Shown here piece by piece: positions 17,003-26,190 of a stretch of DNA of 64,000 bases (position 1 is the stretch's first letter; every line of letters starts with the position of its first letter). Origin of the DNA: an uncultured Gemmatimonadales bacterium (lineage in GTDB: Bacteria > Gemmatimonadota > Gemmatimonadetes > Gemmatimonadales > GWC2-71-9); NCBI GenBank assembly GCA_963779755.1, contig CAVZZO010000001.1, positions 1,088,001 to 1,152,000 of the forward strand, written 5' to 3'. The notes under the pieces are model-generated. The model was not told where the DNA came from. It did no database searches and was given only the letters and a program-made list of their open reading frames with translations. The position numbers and the translations under genes were made by a program.

Positions 17003-20000
17003 ATGCAATCACTACTTCGTTCGAAAGGCGTGCTGCGCATCGGCCTGCTCGCGCTGACGCTGGCGGTGGCGCTGTCCAGTGTGGCGGCGGCGAAGCCGGA
17101 GCCGGGCGCGCAGGCGCGGCGGGGCTTCCGCCTCTTCGCCCGGTCGCTGGGCGCCATGACCGTCAACCGCATCTATTGCGGTCTGTCGGCCACCGGCGAG
17201 GTCTGCGTCGACTCCACCAACTCGTCCACCATCGGGGGCGGGTTCTGGCCCAAGGGGACGGCCGACCAGTACGTGTTCAACTCGGGCATCCAGCTGGCCG
17301 GGACGATCGGGACGGACGGCGGTCCCTGGGCGGGCGACACGACGGGGGCTTTCTTCTTCGATCCCAAGGGCACCACCCAGCACGGCGAGCAGGTGACGCC
17401 GATCTACAACACGCAGAATCCGGACGATGCCGCCTTCATCGCGGCGGGGACGGACAATGCGGCGATGGCGGCCCGCATCCCCAACGCGGACGATAACCGC
17501 CTGATCTTCAACTCCCTGCTGCAGGGCCGCGACAAGGGCTCGCAGGGCGACGTGTGGTGGCTCAGCTGGGACGGCAACCCGGGCCTGGTGGCCGGCCGGC
17601 CGCACCCGCTGGGGGTGGTGGTGGAGCAGCGGGGCCTGGGCTGGAACTACCCCTCGGGGAACCAGGACATCCTGTACTTCATCTACACCTTCTACAACAT
17701 CACCTCGCTGAACGCCGCCGACTACGCAGGGGTGCGGCCGGGCATGCGGGAAATCCTGATGCAGCAGGCCCAGGTCTTCCAGCAGCGCAACGAGGCCTCC
17801 TTCGGGGTCAGCATCCCCGACGGCGGCTATACCATCGATAACCTCTATGCCGGCTTCGGCGCCGACATGGACGTGGCCGACGCGGGCGTGAACTATTCCT
17901 CGGTGAACGTGCCGTTCGCGCTGGGCAACACCTACGAGCGCAGCTTCTCGCGCTTCGCGGGCTGGAGCTTCGACCCGACCATCTTCAACCAGCCGGGCCT
18001 GTTCTCCGGCACCGGGTTCGTGGGGGTGAAGTACCTGAAGAGCCCGGAGGATGCCAACGGGAACCAGGTGGGGCTGACGCTCTTCAGCAACACCATCAAC
18101 GGCGGCGTCTTCGGCGACGCCCGGAACACGACGCAGCTGTTCCGCTATCTCTCGGGGCACATCAGCCCCGCGGCCGGCGACCAGAACTGTTCGCTGGACC
18201 CGGTGGCGACGCACATCTGCTACATCAACAACACCTCCGGCGCGGACATGCGGTTCTTCCAGTCGTCGGGGCCGCTGAAGCTGGCGCCGGGGGGCTTCGG
18301 CTCCATCGTGGTGGCCTACATCTTCGCCGCGCCGGCCGCGGCGGGCGGGACGGCGTCCTGCGGGACGGTGGGCTCGACCTGCGACATCAAGCCGGGCAAT
18401 CTGGCGCTGATCGCGGGCATGGATAACCCCACGACCATCGGGGCGCCGGTGGGCGCGTGCCCCGCCTCGGGGGCCTGCGCCTTCGGCGGCAACGTGAACC
18501 TGCTGGATTCGATCACGGGCTTCCTGGGGGCGCGGGACCTGAACAGCAACGACACCCTGTCGCAGGACGAATTCAAGGTGGTGCCGAACTCGCTGCTGGG
18601 GAAGGCGCTGGTGGCGCAGGCGATCTTCGATAACGGGTTCCTGCTGCCGTTCTCGCCCGAGCCGCCGCCGTTCTTCCTGGTACCGGGGGACAACCAGGTG
18701 ACGGTGATGTGGCGGCCGTCGTCGAGCGAGCAGGCGGGCGATCCCTTCTACTCGATCGCGAGCCAGGCGACCCTGAACGGGGCGCCCAACCCGCTGTACG
18801 ACCCGAGCTACCGGCAGTACGACGTGGAGGGCTACCGGGTGTACCGGGGCCGGGTGGACGCGCCGAACTCGCTGCAGTTGCTGGCGCAGTTCGACTACGC
18901 GGGCACCACCATCCCGGACTACCGGGGCCAGATCAATCCGTCCTCGACCTGCGCGCCGGAGCTGGGGATCACGACGACCTGCGCCACGACATACGATCCG
19001 GTCGATTCGATCAACACGCCGGGGGTGCAGCTGGCGCTGCACGTGGACGTGCCGCTCTCGGGCCCGATCATCCAGGTGAAGATCGGCGACCGGGTGCTGC
19101 TGGCCGACGGGACGGCGCTGGTGGTGAATGCCGACACGGCGGGGACGGGGGGCAGCGGGTCGTGCGCGCCGTCGAACTGCCCGGAGCTGTCGGACACCGG
19201 GGTGCCGTTCGTGTACGTGGACAACACGGTGCGGAACAACTTCCGCTACTTCTACAGCGTGACGACCTTCGACATCAACTCCTTCCAGTCGGGGCCGAGC
19301 AACCTGGAGAGCCCGCGGCTGACCAAGGCGGTGACGCCGGTGGCGCCGGCGGGGAACTACGAGAACACGGCGACGCTGGACGTGGCGGTCTATGGCCGCG
19401 GCCAGAAGCTGACGGATGATGTCGTCCCGACCATCGATCCGGTGAAGGGCACCTTCAGCAAGCCCTTCCCGCCGGCCACCGGGTGGCAGCTGGGGCTCAC
19501 GGCGTTCGTGAAGCAGCTGATCGCCTCCCCGGGCGCCTTCAGCGCCACGCTGGACAGCCTGACGCTGGGCTCGGCCTACGACGGGACGCCGAATATCTAT
19601 TACATCACGCTGAACACCGCCGCGGGCGGGGCGACCCAGCTGACGGTGCCGCTGGCGCAGCCGTCCACGGACGGCGCAGTGACGCACGATGAATCGTTCA
19701 CCGTCACCAGTGTGGATGCGTCGCTGGCCTCGCGCTACGGCGGGAACGGGTCGTATACCCTGAGCGGCAGTCTGCACATGGAAGTGCCGGGGAACTACTA
19801 CACCAACTCCTTCGGCCGCGGCTGCGTGAACGGGGCGGATGGGTTCGGGGATAACTGCGACTACAACGGGGCGCGGTGGTTCGACGGGCCGAGCCCGCAG
19901 CAGAACGAGACGCAGGCGAATCCGACCGCCTGCAGCCAGCAGAACTTCACGACCAACGTGGTGACCTGCTTCACCAACGCGGGCTACCTCTCGGGCGTGG

Positions 20001-20986
20001 ACAACATCTACGAACCGATGGCGTACCAGACCATCCAGAGCACCTGGCGGCAGTTCCACGGGGCGCTGGGCGGGGCGGTGCGCGCGGCGGACTTCAACGT
20101 GTACTGGGGGACGGGCGGGACCATCGACTCGGTCATTGACGTGACCGACAACGTGGTGGTGCCGTTCAGCCCGACCATCGGGGCGAGTTGGGGCATCCTG
20201 AACGCCCAGGACGCGCCGGCCGCAGGCGCCTTCGACGCGTCCGCGACGCTCACGCCGACGGACTTCAGTTGCGTGGCGCCGCTCAACACCGTGGCCGCGG
20301 TCCAGGCGCTGATTGCCTGCGGCGCGGCGACGCCGTTCGTGCTGACCCAGACGGCGGTGCCGGGGCCGATCGGCTACATCACCGGGACGGTGGGCAATGT
20401 GGTGCCCGCCACCGAGAACGGGTTCGAGATGTACCTCTCGGGGCACATCTTCACCTTCGAGCTGACCGGCGGCGCGCTGCCGGCGGCGGGGACGGTGTGG
20501 ACCATGCGGAGCTACACCGGCGCCATCAACGGCGGCGGGCAGAACTGCACGCTCTGCCAGGCCGGGGACGATGGGCCCTACAGCTACGTGCAGCAGTGGC
20601 CGTTCCCGATGGCGGCCGTGGGGGCGGAGGTGCGCTTCACCTACGACGTGATCAACCAGGTGAACGCGCCGACGGGGAACGACCTGAGCAAGGTCCACAC
20701 GGTGCCGGATCCGTACTACGTGACCAACGCCTACGAGCAGACCACGGACACCAAGATCATCAAGTTCGTGAACCTGCCGCAGGATTGCATCATCCGGATC
20801 TACTCCTCGAGCGGGGTGCTGGTGCAGCTGCTGGAGCACCACAGCTCGCAGTTCGGCGGCGAGGAGACCTGGAACGTCCGTAACCGGAACAACCAGGTCG
20901 TCGCCAGCGGGGTGTACTTCTACCACGTCGAGGCGGGGAATGCCCGGCGGGTGGGGCGCTTCACCATCGTCAATTTCGCGCAGTAG
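17003..20986 (+). CDS. Large secreted protein with an FN3-like segment, paired cysteines and a T9SS-like C-terminal sorting domain
   Basis: Signal peptide; PGDNQVTVMW...YDVEGYRVYR; C-terminus VPDPYY...IKFVNLP..CIIRIYSSSGVLV..L.H...WNVRNRNNQVVASGVYFYHV...GRFTIV. Confidence 0.8.
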   Translation: MQSLLRSKGVLRIGLLALTLAVALSSVAAAKPEPGAQARRGFRLFARSLGAMTVNRIYCGLSATGEVCVDSTNSSTIGGGFWPKGTADQYVFNSGIQLAGTIGTDGGPWAGDTTGAFFFDPKGTTQHGEQVTPIYNTQNPDDAAFIAAGTDNAAMAARIPNADDNRLIFNSLLQGRDKGSQGDVWWLSWDGNPGLVAGRPHPLGVVVEQRGLGWNYPSGNQDILYFIYTFYNITSLNAADYAGVRPGMREILMQQAQVFQQRNEASFGVSIPDGGYTIDNLYAGFGADMDVADAGVNYSSVNVPFALGNTYERSFSRFAGWSFDPTIFNQPGLFSGTGFVGVKYLKSPEDANGNQVGLTLFSNTINGGVFGDARNTTQLFRYLSGHISPAAGDQNCSLDPVATHICYINNTSGADMRFFQSSGPLKLAPGGFGSIVVAYIFAAPAAAGGTASCGTVGSTCDIKPGNLALIAGMDNPTTIGAPVGACPASGACAFGGNVNLLDSITGFLGARDLNSNDTLSQDEFKVVPNSLLGKALVAQAIFDNGFLLPFSPEPPPFFLVPGDNQVTVMWRPSSSEQAGDPFYSIASQATLNGAPNPLYDPSYRQYDVEGYRVYRGRVDAPNSLQLLAQFDYAGTTIPDYRGQINPSSTCAPELGITTTCATTYDPVDSINTPGVQLALHVDVPLSGPIIQVKIGDRVLLADGTALVVNADTAGTGGSGSCAPSNCPELSDTGVPFVYVDNTVRNNFRYFYSVTTFDINSFQSGPSNLESPRLTKAVTPVAPAGNYENTATLDVAVYGRGQKLTDDVVPTIDPVKGTFSKPFPPATGWQLGLTAFVKQLIASPGAFSATLDSLTLGSAYDGTPNIYYITLNTAAGGATQLTVPLAQPSTDGAVTHDESFTVTSVDASLASRYGGNGSYTLSGSLHMEVPGNYYTNSFGRGCVNGADGFGDNCDYNGARWFDGPSPQQNETQANPTACSQQNFTTNVVTCFTNAGYLSGVDNIYEPMAYQTIQSTWRQFHGALGGAVRAADFNVYWGTGGTIDSVIDVTDNVVVPFSPTIGASWGILNAQDAPAAGAFDASATLTPTDFSCVAPLNTVAAVQALIACGAATPFVLTQTAVPGPIGYITGTVGNVVPATENGFEMYLSGHIFTFELTGGALPAAGTVWTMRSYTGAINGGGQNCTLCQAGDDGPYSYVQQWPFPMAAVGAEVRFTYDVINQVNAPTGNDLSKVHTVPDPYYVTNAYEQTTDTKIIKFVNLPQDCIIRIYSSSGVLVQLLEHHSSQFGGEETWNVRNRNNQVVASGVYFYHVEAGNARRVGRFTIVNFAQ

Positions 20987-20994
20987 CCACGGCT

Positions 20995-21032
20995 GGACGG
21001 GGGGCGCGCCGCGCTGGCGCGTCCCGCCGTCC
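20995..21032 (+). other. GC-rich intergenic stem-loop without a U-tract
   Basis: GGACGG-GGGGCGCGCC...GGCGCGTCCC-G-CCGTCC. Confidence 0.55.
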
Positions 21033-21053
21033 GCAACCAGGAGATCAGAGACC

Positions 21054-22181
21054 ATGCGTTCTTTCTCGGCACGACGGTTGCTCCTCGGGGCGGCGCTGCT
21101 CGGCGGCCTGCCCGCCGTGGTGGCGGCACAGGCCCCGGAGGTGAACCAGAACAACACGCCGTACGGCACCACGGCGGCGGAATTTCTGCTGCTGGGGGCC
21201 GGGGCCCGGGGCACCGCGCTGGGCGGGGCCTACAGCTCCATCGCCAGCGACGTGAGCGCCCTCTACTACAACCCGGCGGGCGCGGCGCTGATGACCCGGC
21301 CGGGGGCCATGGTGGGGACCTATGACTACGTGGCCAACACGCGCTACACCTGGGGCGGGGTGGCCTTCCCCTTCAGCGGGGGGGCGCGGACCTTCGGGCT
21401 GCAGCTGGGCACCTTCGGGTTCAGCGACCAGCCGGTCTACACCGCCGACCAGCCCAACGGGACGGGGTCGGTGTACTCGGTGAGCGAGACCTTCGCGGGG
21501 CTCACCTATGCGGAGAACTTCAGCGACCGCTTCTCGGCGGGCATCACGGCGAAGTTCATCTTCGACAAGCTGGGGGATGCCAACGGGCAGGCCCTGGCGG
21601 TGGACTTCGGGACCAACTTCCATGCGCTGTTGAGCGGGCACCCGGTGAAGTTCAGCTTCGTGCTGAGCAACCTGGGGACCGACCTGAGCTACAGCGGCGA
21701 CGCGCTGAACGCGGGGGTGCCGCGGCAGCCGCTGCCGGGCGAGCAGCCGGTGCCGGGGCTGGACCAGCCGGCGCGGCTGCGGACCAAGGGCTTCCCGCTG
21801 CCGACCACCTTCCGGGTGGGGCTGGCCTACGACCTGCTGACCGGGGCCAGCAACCGGCTGACGGTGCTGACCGACTTCAACCAGCCCAATAACAACGCGG
21901 CGGGCTTCGTGGTGGGCGGCGAGTGGGCGCTGAACCGGCTGGGCGGCTCGCCCTTCGGGGTGGCGCTGCGGGGCAGCTACAGCTACAACCCGGCCAACAA
22001 CCTGACGCCGGTGGACCCGACCACCACGGCGCTGACCGACGAGGAGAACCTCCACGGCCTGGCCGTGGGCGGGGGACTGAACTTCCAGGCCGGCACCCTC
22101 AACCTCGGCGTCGATTACGCCTGGAAATACCTGGGCGTCCTCGGCGGCACCAACTTCTTCAGCCTTAACGTCGGCTGGTAA
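21054..22181 (+). CDS. PorV/PorQ family outer-membrane beta-barrel protein
   Basis: FLLLGAGARGTALGGAY, ALYYNPAG, LPTTFRVGLAY, VDYAW, terminal W; signal peptide VAA|Q. Confidence 0.85.
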   Translation: MRSFSARRLLLGAALLGGLPAVVAAQAPEVNQNNTPYGTTAAEFLLLGAGARGTALGGAYSSIASDVSALYYNPAGAALMTRPGAMVGTYDYVANTRYTWGGVAFPFSGGARTFGLQLGTFGFSDQPVYTADQPNGTGSVYSVSETFAGLTYAENFSDRFSAGITAKFIFDKLGDANGQALAVDFGTNFHALLSGHPVKFSFVLSNLGTDLSYSGDALNAGVPRQPLPGEQPVPGLDQPARLRTKGFPLPTTFRVGLAYDLLTGASNRLTVLTDFNQPNNNAAGFVVGGEWALNRLGGSPFGVALRGSYSYNPANNLTPVDPTTTALTDEENLHGLAVGGGLNFQAGTLNLGVDYAWKYLGVLGGTNFFSLNVGW

Positions 22182-22238
22182 CAGCCGCTTCGCCGGTTGC
22201 CGGGCCCCCCGGGGCCCGGCGGGCCGGGCAGGGGTAAC

Positions 22239-23690
22239 ATGCGGGGCATTCGGTACTTTGCGCTGGCGGGTGTGGCGGCTCTGAGTGTGGCAGGGTGGTC
22301 CGCCCCGGCGCGGCAGTCTGGTGATGACCTCATGGTGCGCGCCGTACGGTTCTACCGCGCCGAGAACAACATCACGCAGGTGAAGGCGTTCGTGCAGATT
22401 CCGCTGAATCTGCTGCAGCCGACGGAACAGCAGGAAGGCGGCATCCTGAGCTATCAGGTGTCCATTCAGGTGAAGGACTCGACCGGTCTGACGCTGGAAC
22501 AGAGTGCCTGGCCCCAGCAGCATGTGTCGGCCGACTTGCGGGAACCGGGGGCCTTTACGGTCAACGTGGCTGAGTTTCCGGTGCGGCCCGGCCGCTACCG
22601 GGTGGATGTGACCCTGCGGGACTCGGTGGCCGGCCAGGAATACACCGCCGGAGCCAACGTGGTGGGGTTCGCGCAGGCTCCCGATGCTTCCGATCTGGTG
22701 CTGTCTCCCCGGATGCGGCCCATCCAGGGCGACAGCATGGAGCCGACAGAGTTCAAGAGCGGGCAGCTGCTGGTGACGTCGGTCGCACGGCTGCGCCTGA
22801 CACCGCTCAAGAGCACCGCGTTCTATCTGCTCGAGGTCTACACCGAGCAGGCCGATTCGGGAACCATGCGGGTCGCGATTACCGACAGCACCGGCGGGGT
22901 GGTGGTGGAGACGCCTCCCAACCCCGTCAAGACGGCAGCGGGCGGTGGCGTTCTGCGGGGCCAGTTGAACCTGGAAGGGCTGCCGGCCGGAGAGTACGCG
23001 CTGCAGGTCAAGGTGGCCTTGTCGGGTGGACGCACCTTCGAGCGCGAGGCGCGGCTCACCATGGCCAATCTGCAGCGGACCGTCGCGCAGCAGGCCATTC
23101 GGGGCGAGCTGGCCCGGATTACCGACTCGGGCTACTTCGCCGCCATGTCGGAGGAGCAGCTCGACAAGGCCGAGGAGCCGTTGCAGCTCATTGCCAGCGG
23201 GCGCGATCTGCGGGCCTACAAGGGGGCCACGGTCACCGGCAAGCGGCGGTTCATGACGGAGTTCTGGCAGAAGCGCGACCCGGACCCGTCTACGGAACGG
23301 AACGAGGCGCGGGAACGCTTCTACGCCGCGATCGCCTTTGCCGACAGCAATTTTCGCGAGCTGGGACAGAGCGCCAGTCCCGGGTGGAAAACCGACCGCG
23401 GCCGGATCTTTACCAAGTACGGCGTGCCGGACGACTCACTGCACCGGGTGCAGCCTGGCCTGGCGCCTCCCTACCTGATCTGGCGGTATACGCGGGGAAA
23501 GGCGTACTGGTACATCTTCGCGGACCGCAACGGGCTGGGGGCTTACAAGCTGATCCATACCAACGACCTGGCCGAGTCCGGCCGGCCGGACTGGATGGAG
23601 ATCATCGGGGCCGATGCCGTGCGGGATGCCGGGCAGTTCCTCGGGATCGATTTCTTCTCCGCGGCGCGGACACCGGAGTTCGGCAGTTGA
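22239..23690 (+). CDS. GWxTD domain-containing exported protein
   Basis: FWQKRDPDPSTERNE and PGWKTDRGRIFTKYGVPD. Confidence 0.9.
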   Translation: MRGIRYFALAGVAALSVAGWSAPARQSGDDLMVRAVRFYRAENNITQVKAFVQIPLNLLQPTEQQEGGILSYQVSIQVKDSTGLTLEQSAWPQQHVSADLREPGAFTVNVAEFPVRPGRYRVDVTLRDSVAGQEYTAGANVVGFAQAPDASDLVLSPRMRPIQGDSMEPTEFKSGQLLVTSVARLRLTPLKSTAFYLLEVYTEQADSGTMRVAITDSTGGVVVETPPNPVKTAAGGGVLRGQLNLEGLPAGEYALQVKVALSGGRTFEREARLTMANLQRTVAQQAIRGELARITDSGYFAAMSEEQLDKAEEPLQLIASGRDLRAYKGATVTGKRRFMTEFWQKRDPDPSTERNEARERFYAAIAFADSNFRELGQSASPGWKTDRGRIFTKYGVPDDSLHRVQPGLAPPYLIWRYTRGKAYWYIFADRNGLGAYKLIHTNDLAESGRPDWMEIIGADAVRDAGQFLGIDFFSAARTPEFGS

Positions 23691-23767
23691 GAATTGTGCT
23701 TGGAATCGCCGCGGCGCGTACCTGACGCTCGCTACCAACTTTCACCGTTCAGGAAGAGGTGCACAGT

Positions 23768-25423
23768 ATGAACCGATTGGTGCGTGGTACGGTCCTGCTT
23801 GCCGCCGTCGCCGCCATCTGGTCGTGCGAATCCGACCCGACTGGAGGCAATGCGAAGACGATTGCGACGGTGCAGGCCAATCCGTCGGTCGTGTTCGTCA
23901 ACAACCTCGGCGACAGCACCGCCGTCGTGGTTCAGGCGCTCAACGATCTGAACCAGCCCGACTCCGCCGATTTCACGCTCGGAACGATCCCCTCCTCCAT
24001 CGTGGTGAACCGCGATACGAGTTACGGGCACATCATCGGGGGCGGGAACATTCCCACCAGCGCTCGGTACTTCGTCCGTGCCGCCTCCACCACCGGCTTC
24101 GTCAACACCAGTTTCGACGTCAGCGCCGGCGGGGCGACCACCACGATCCCGGTCAAGGTGACCATCGCCAGCATCCCGGGGGCGGCTTTCAGCAACGCCA
24201 CGCCGGGCCTGGGCGATACCGTCCAGCTGACCGCCCCGGCGGGGATCACGTTCACGCCGGCGACGACCATCTCCTTTGGGCCGAACGCGCTGCCGGGAGC
24301 GAACGTCGGCGTGTCGACCGACGGCAGCATTCTCTACGTGCTCCCCTCCGCCGGCATCGCCGGCGACACGGCCATCCTGAGCGGGGTGGAGCTCAGCTAC
24401 GCGCCGGGGATTCCGTTCAATAACATCACCACCACCGCGACGATCACCACCGACACGCTGCCCAACCCCCTGCCGGTGGTGACGGTGTCCGACACCATGC
24501 CGGCGGTGGGCGACACGGTGACCGTGACGGCTCCGCCGCTCTACGGTTTCACCGACGCCTCCGAAGTGACGCTGGGCAACGGCGCCGGCAACGCCCTGGT
24601 GGATATCTCGGCCGACCGGACCCAGTTGCGGTTCATCGTGGGCCCGGACGCCAGCGGGCCGATCAGCGTGAGCGACGCGGCGCTGGGCGGGGTGGCGCAC
24701 CTCGGCACTTTCGACCTGGTCTCCGCGGATCCGGTGAACTCTCCGCCCGCCCCGGCCCTGGCCGCGGCGTTCTCGACCACTACCCCGGCGGCCGCGGCCG
24801 AGCTGTCCATGACGGCGCCGAGCCAGTATCGCTTCCTGCCGGGTGTCACGGTGAATATGGGTGGTGTGGATGCGATCGTCGATTCCGTGTCCGCCGACAG
24901 CCTTACGCTCTGGTTCGTTCCGCTCCCCGGTTCCACCGGCACGCCGCTCGTGAGCAACCTGGTGCTGTCGTTCCTTACCACCGTGCCGCTCAGCAACATT
25001 GCTGCGACGACCGCGATCACGGTCGGCGGTAGCGTATTTACGGGTACGGATGCCTCGAGTACCGCCCCCACGGTCGCGACGCCTGCGGCTGGTAGTGCCG
25101 TCGCCTTCGCCGACAGCGGCACCTGGGCCGGCGACTGCGGTGGTGCCCCCTGCAACTGGTACAAGTTCGTGGTTACCACCGGGGACGACTATACCTTCGA
25201 CGCAACCTGGGACAACACCTCGGACCTGGGGACCTACATTGTCGAGAGCGATGCGACTACTGGCGTGGATGCCTGCGACGCAGCCGGTGACGCCCCGCCG
25301 GTGTTCGAGAAGTGCACGATCACCCTGGTACCAGGTACCTACTACATTCAGATGCAGAACTTCGCACCGTTCTATCCGGATCCTGATCCGGGGATGTTCA
25401 AGCTTGTGATCTCCCGCCCGTAA
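23768..25423 (+). CDS. Surface lipoprotein with three Ig-like repeats and a PPC-like C-terminal domain
   Basis: AIWS-C lipobox; repeats SNATPGLGDTVQLTAP / SDTMPAVGDTVTVTAP / STTTPAAAAELSMTAP; WYKF...DLGTYI...LVPGTYYI. Confidence 0.75.
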   Translation: MNRLVRGTVLLAAVAAIWSCESDPTGGNAKTIATVQANPSVVFVNNLGDSTAVVVQALNDLNQPDSADFTLGTIPSSIVVNRDTSYGHIIGGGNIPTSARYFVRAASTTGFVNTSFDVSAGGATTTIPVKVTIASIPGAAFSNATPGLGDTVQLTAPAGITFTPATTISFGPNALPGANVGVSTDGSILYVLPSAGIAGDTAILSGVELSYAPGIPFNNITTTATITTDTLPNPLPVVTVSDTMPAVGDTVTVTAPPLYGFTDASEVTLGNGAGNALVDISADRTQLRFIVGPDASGPISVSDAALGGVAHLGTFDLVSADPVNSPPAPALAAAFSTTTPAAAAELSMTAPSQYRFLPGVTVNMGGVDAIVDSVSADSLTLWFVPLPGSTGTPLVSNLVLSFLTTVPLSNIAATTAITVGGSVFTGTDASSTAPTVATPAAGSAVAFADSGTWAGDCGGAPCNWYKFVVTTGDDYTFDATWDNTSDLGTYIVESDATTGVDACDAAGDAPPVFEKCTITLVPGTYYIQMQNFAPFYPDPDPGMFKLVISRP

Positions 25424-25444
25424 TCCGGACCGGGTTCGTAAGAG

Positions 25445-25477
25445 GAGAGCCCCCGCTTCGGCGGGGGCTCTCTTTTT
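25445..25477 (+). terminator. Rho-independent terminator
   Basis: GAGAGCCCCCG-cttcgg-CGGGGGCTCTC-TTTTT. Confidence 0.9.
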
Positions 25478-25503
25478 CAGACCCTCGACTGCGAGTCAGT
25501 AGA

Positions 25504-25689
25504 CTACCACCCGCTCCTTCTTCCCAATACCACGCGAGAAACACGAAGGCGAACCCTGTCCCGGCACTCCCTGTGTCGGAGGTTGCGGGCACCTGGACGC
25601 TGACACCGGGTACCATTCTGACAGAGGAAGGCTCGACTCCGGTGCAACTCAGGGACGGCGAGGGTAAGGAACCTCTTGCTGGCTTGCAT
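25504..25689 (-). pseudogene. Possible frameshifted or truncated lipoprotein gene remnant
   Basis: GGAGGT SD, then MQASKRFLTLAV; another frame continues LSCTGVEPSS... (lipobox-like); low confidence. Confidence 0.3.
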
Positions 25690-26190
25690 GGGATACCTCC
25701 GGAGAGAGTTCTGAGGAGAGGCACGTCCGCCGTGCCACATCCTCCTATAGCCCTTCTACGCCCTCCCCCGGCCACGCCTAGGCCCCTTTTGCGACAGGTT
25801 ATGCAGGGAACGCGACAGGCCGCCGGTGAATGTCCGCGACCATCGTGGCCGTATCGTGTCGCCATGAGCGGCTAGTGGGCCGGCAAGACCATCGGCCGAC
25901 TTCCACGCGACTGCGGCGAGTCCTGACGTCTTTCGGGGGGCGCAACGGGGGCGCCGGGCCAGAAGGCGCGGCGAGATGACGCGTGGGGTCAGCGGGCACC
26001 GGAACAGTCGGCATGTCGGTTACGTTGTCCTGCGGTACCGTCAGCGCGCCGATTTACACCGTTTCCATAAATTAGGTGATCGTCTCCAGAACCCCGTGCT
26101 CGTTGCGGCGGCAGGAGAATGAAGGGAAGCGTTCTTTTCGCGAGGGCCTCCTGGCAGGCCTGGACAATCTCAGACTGCGAGTGAGGCGGG

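Noticed and set aside
13451..21214. Very long antisense ORFs (1185 aa, 1400 aa; similarly 31529-34942 and the upstream part of 36068-41095)
   Set aside because: They are shadows of highly GC3-biased sense genes, have no recognisable motifs, and lie fully opposite well-supported CDSs.
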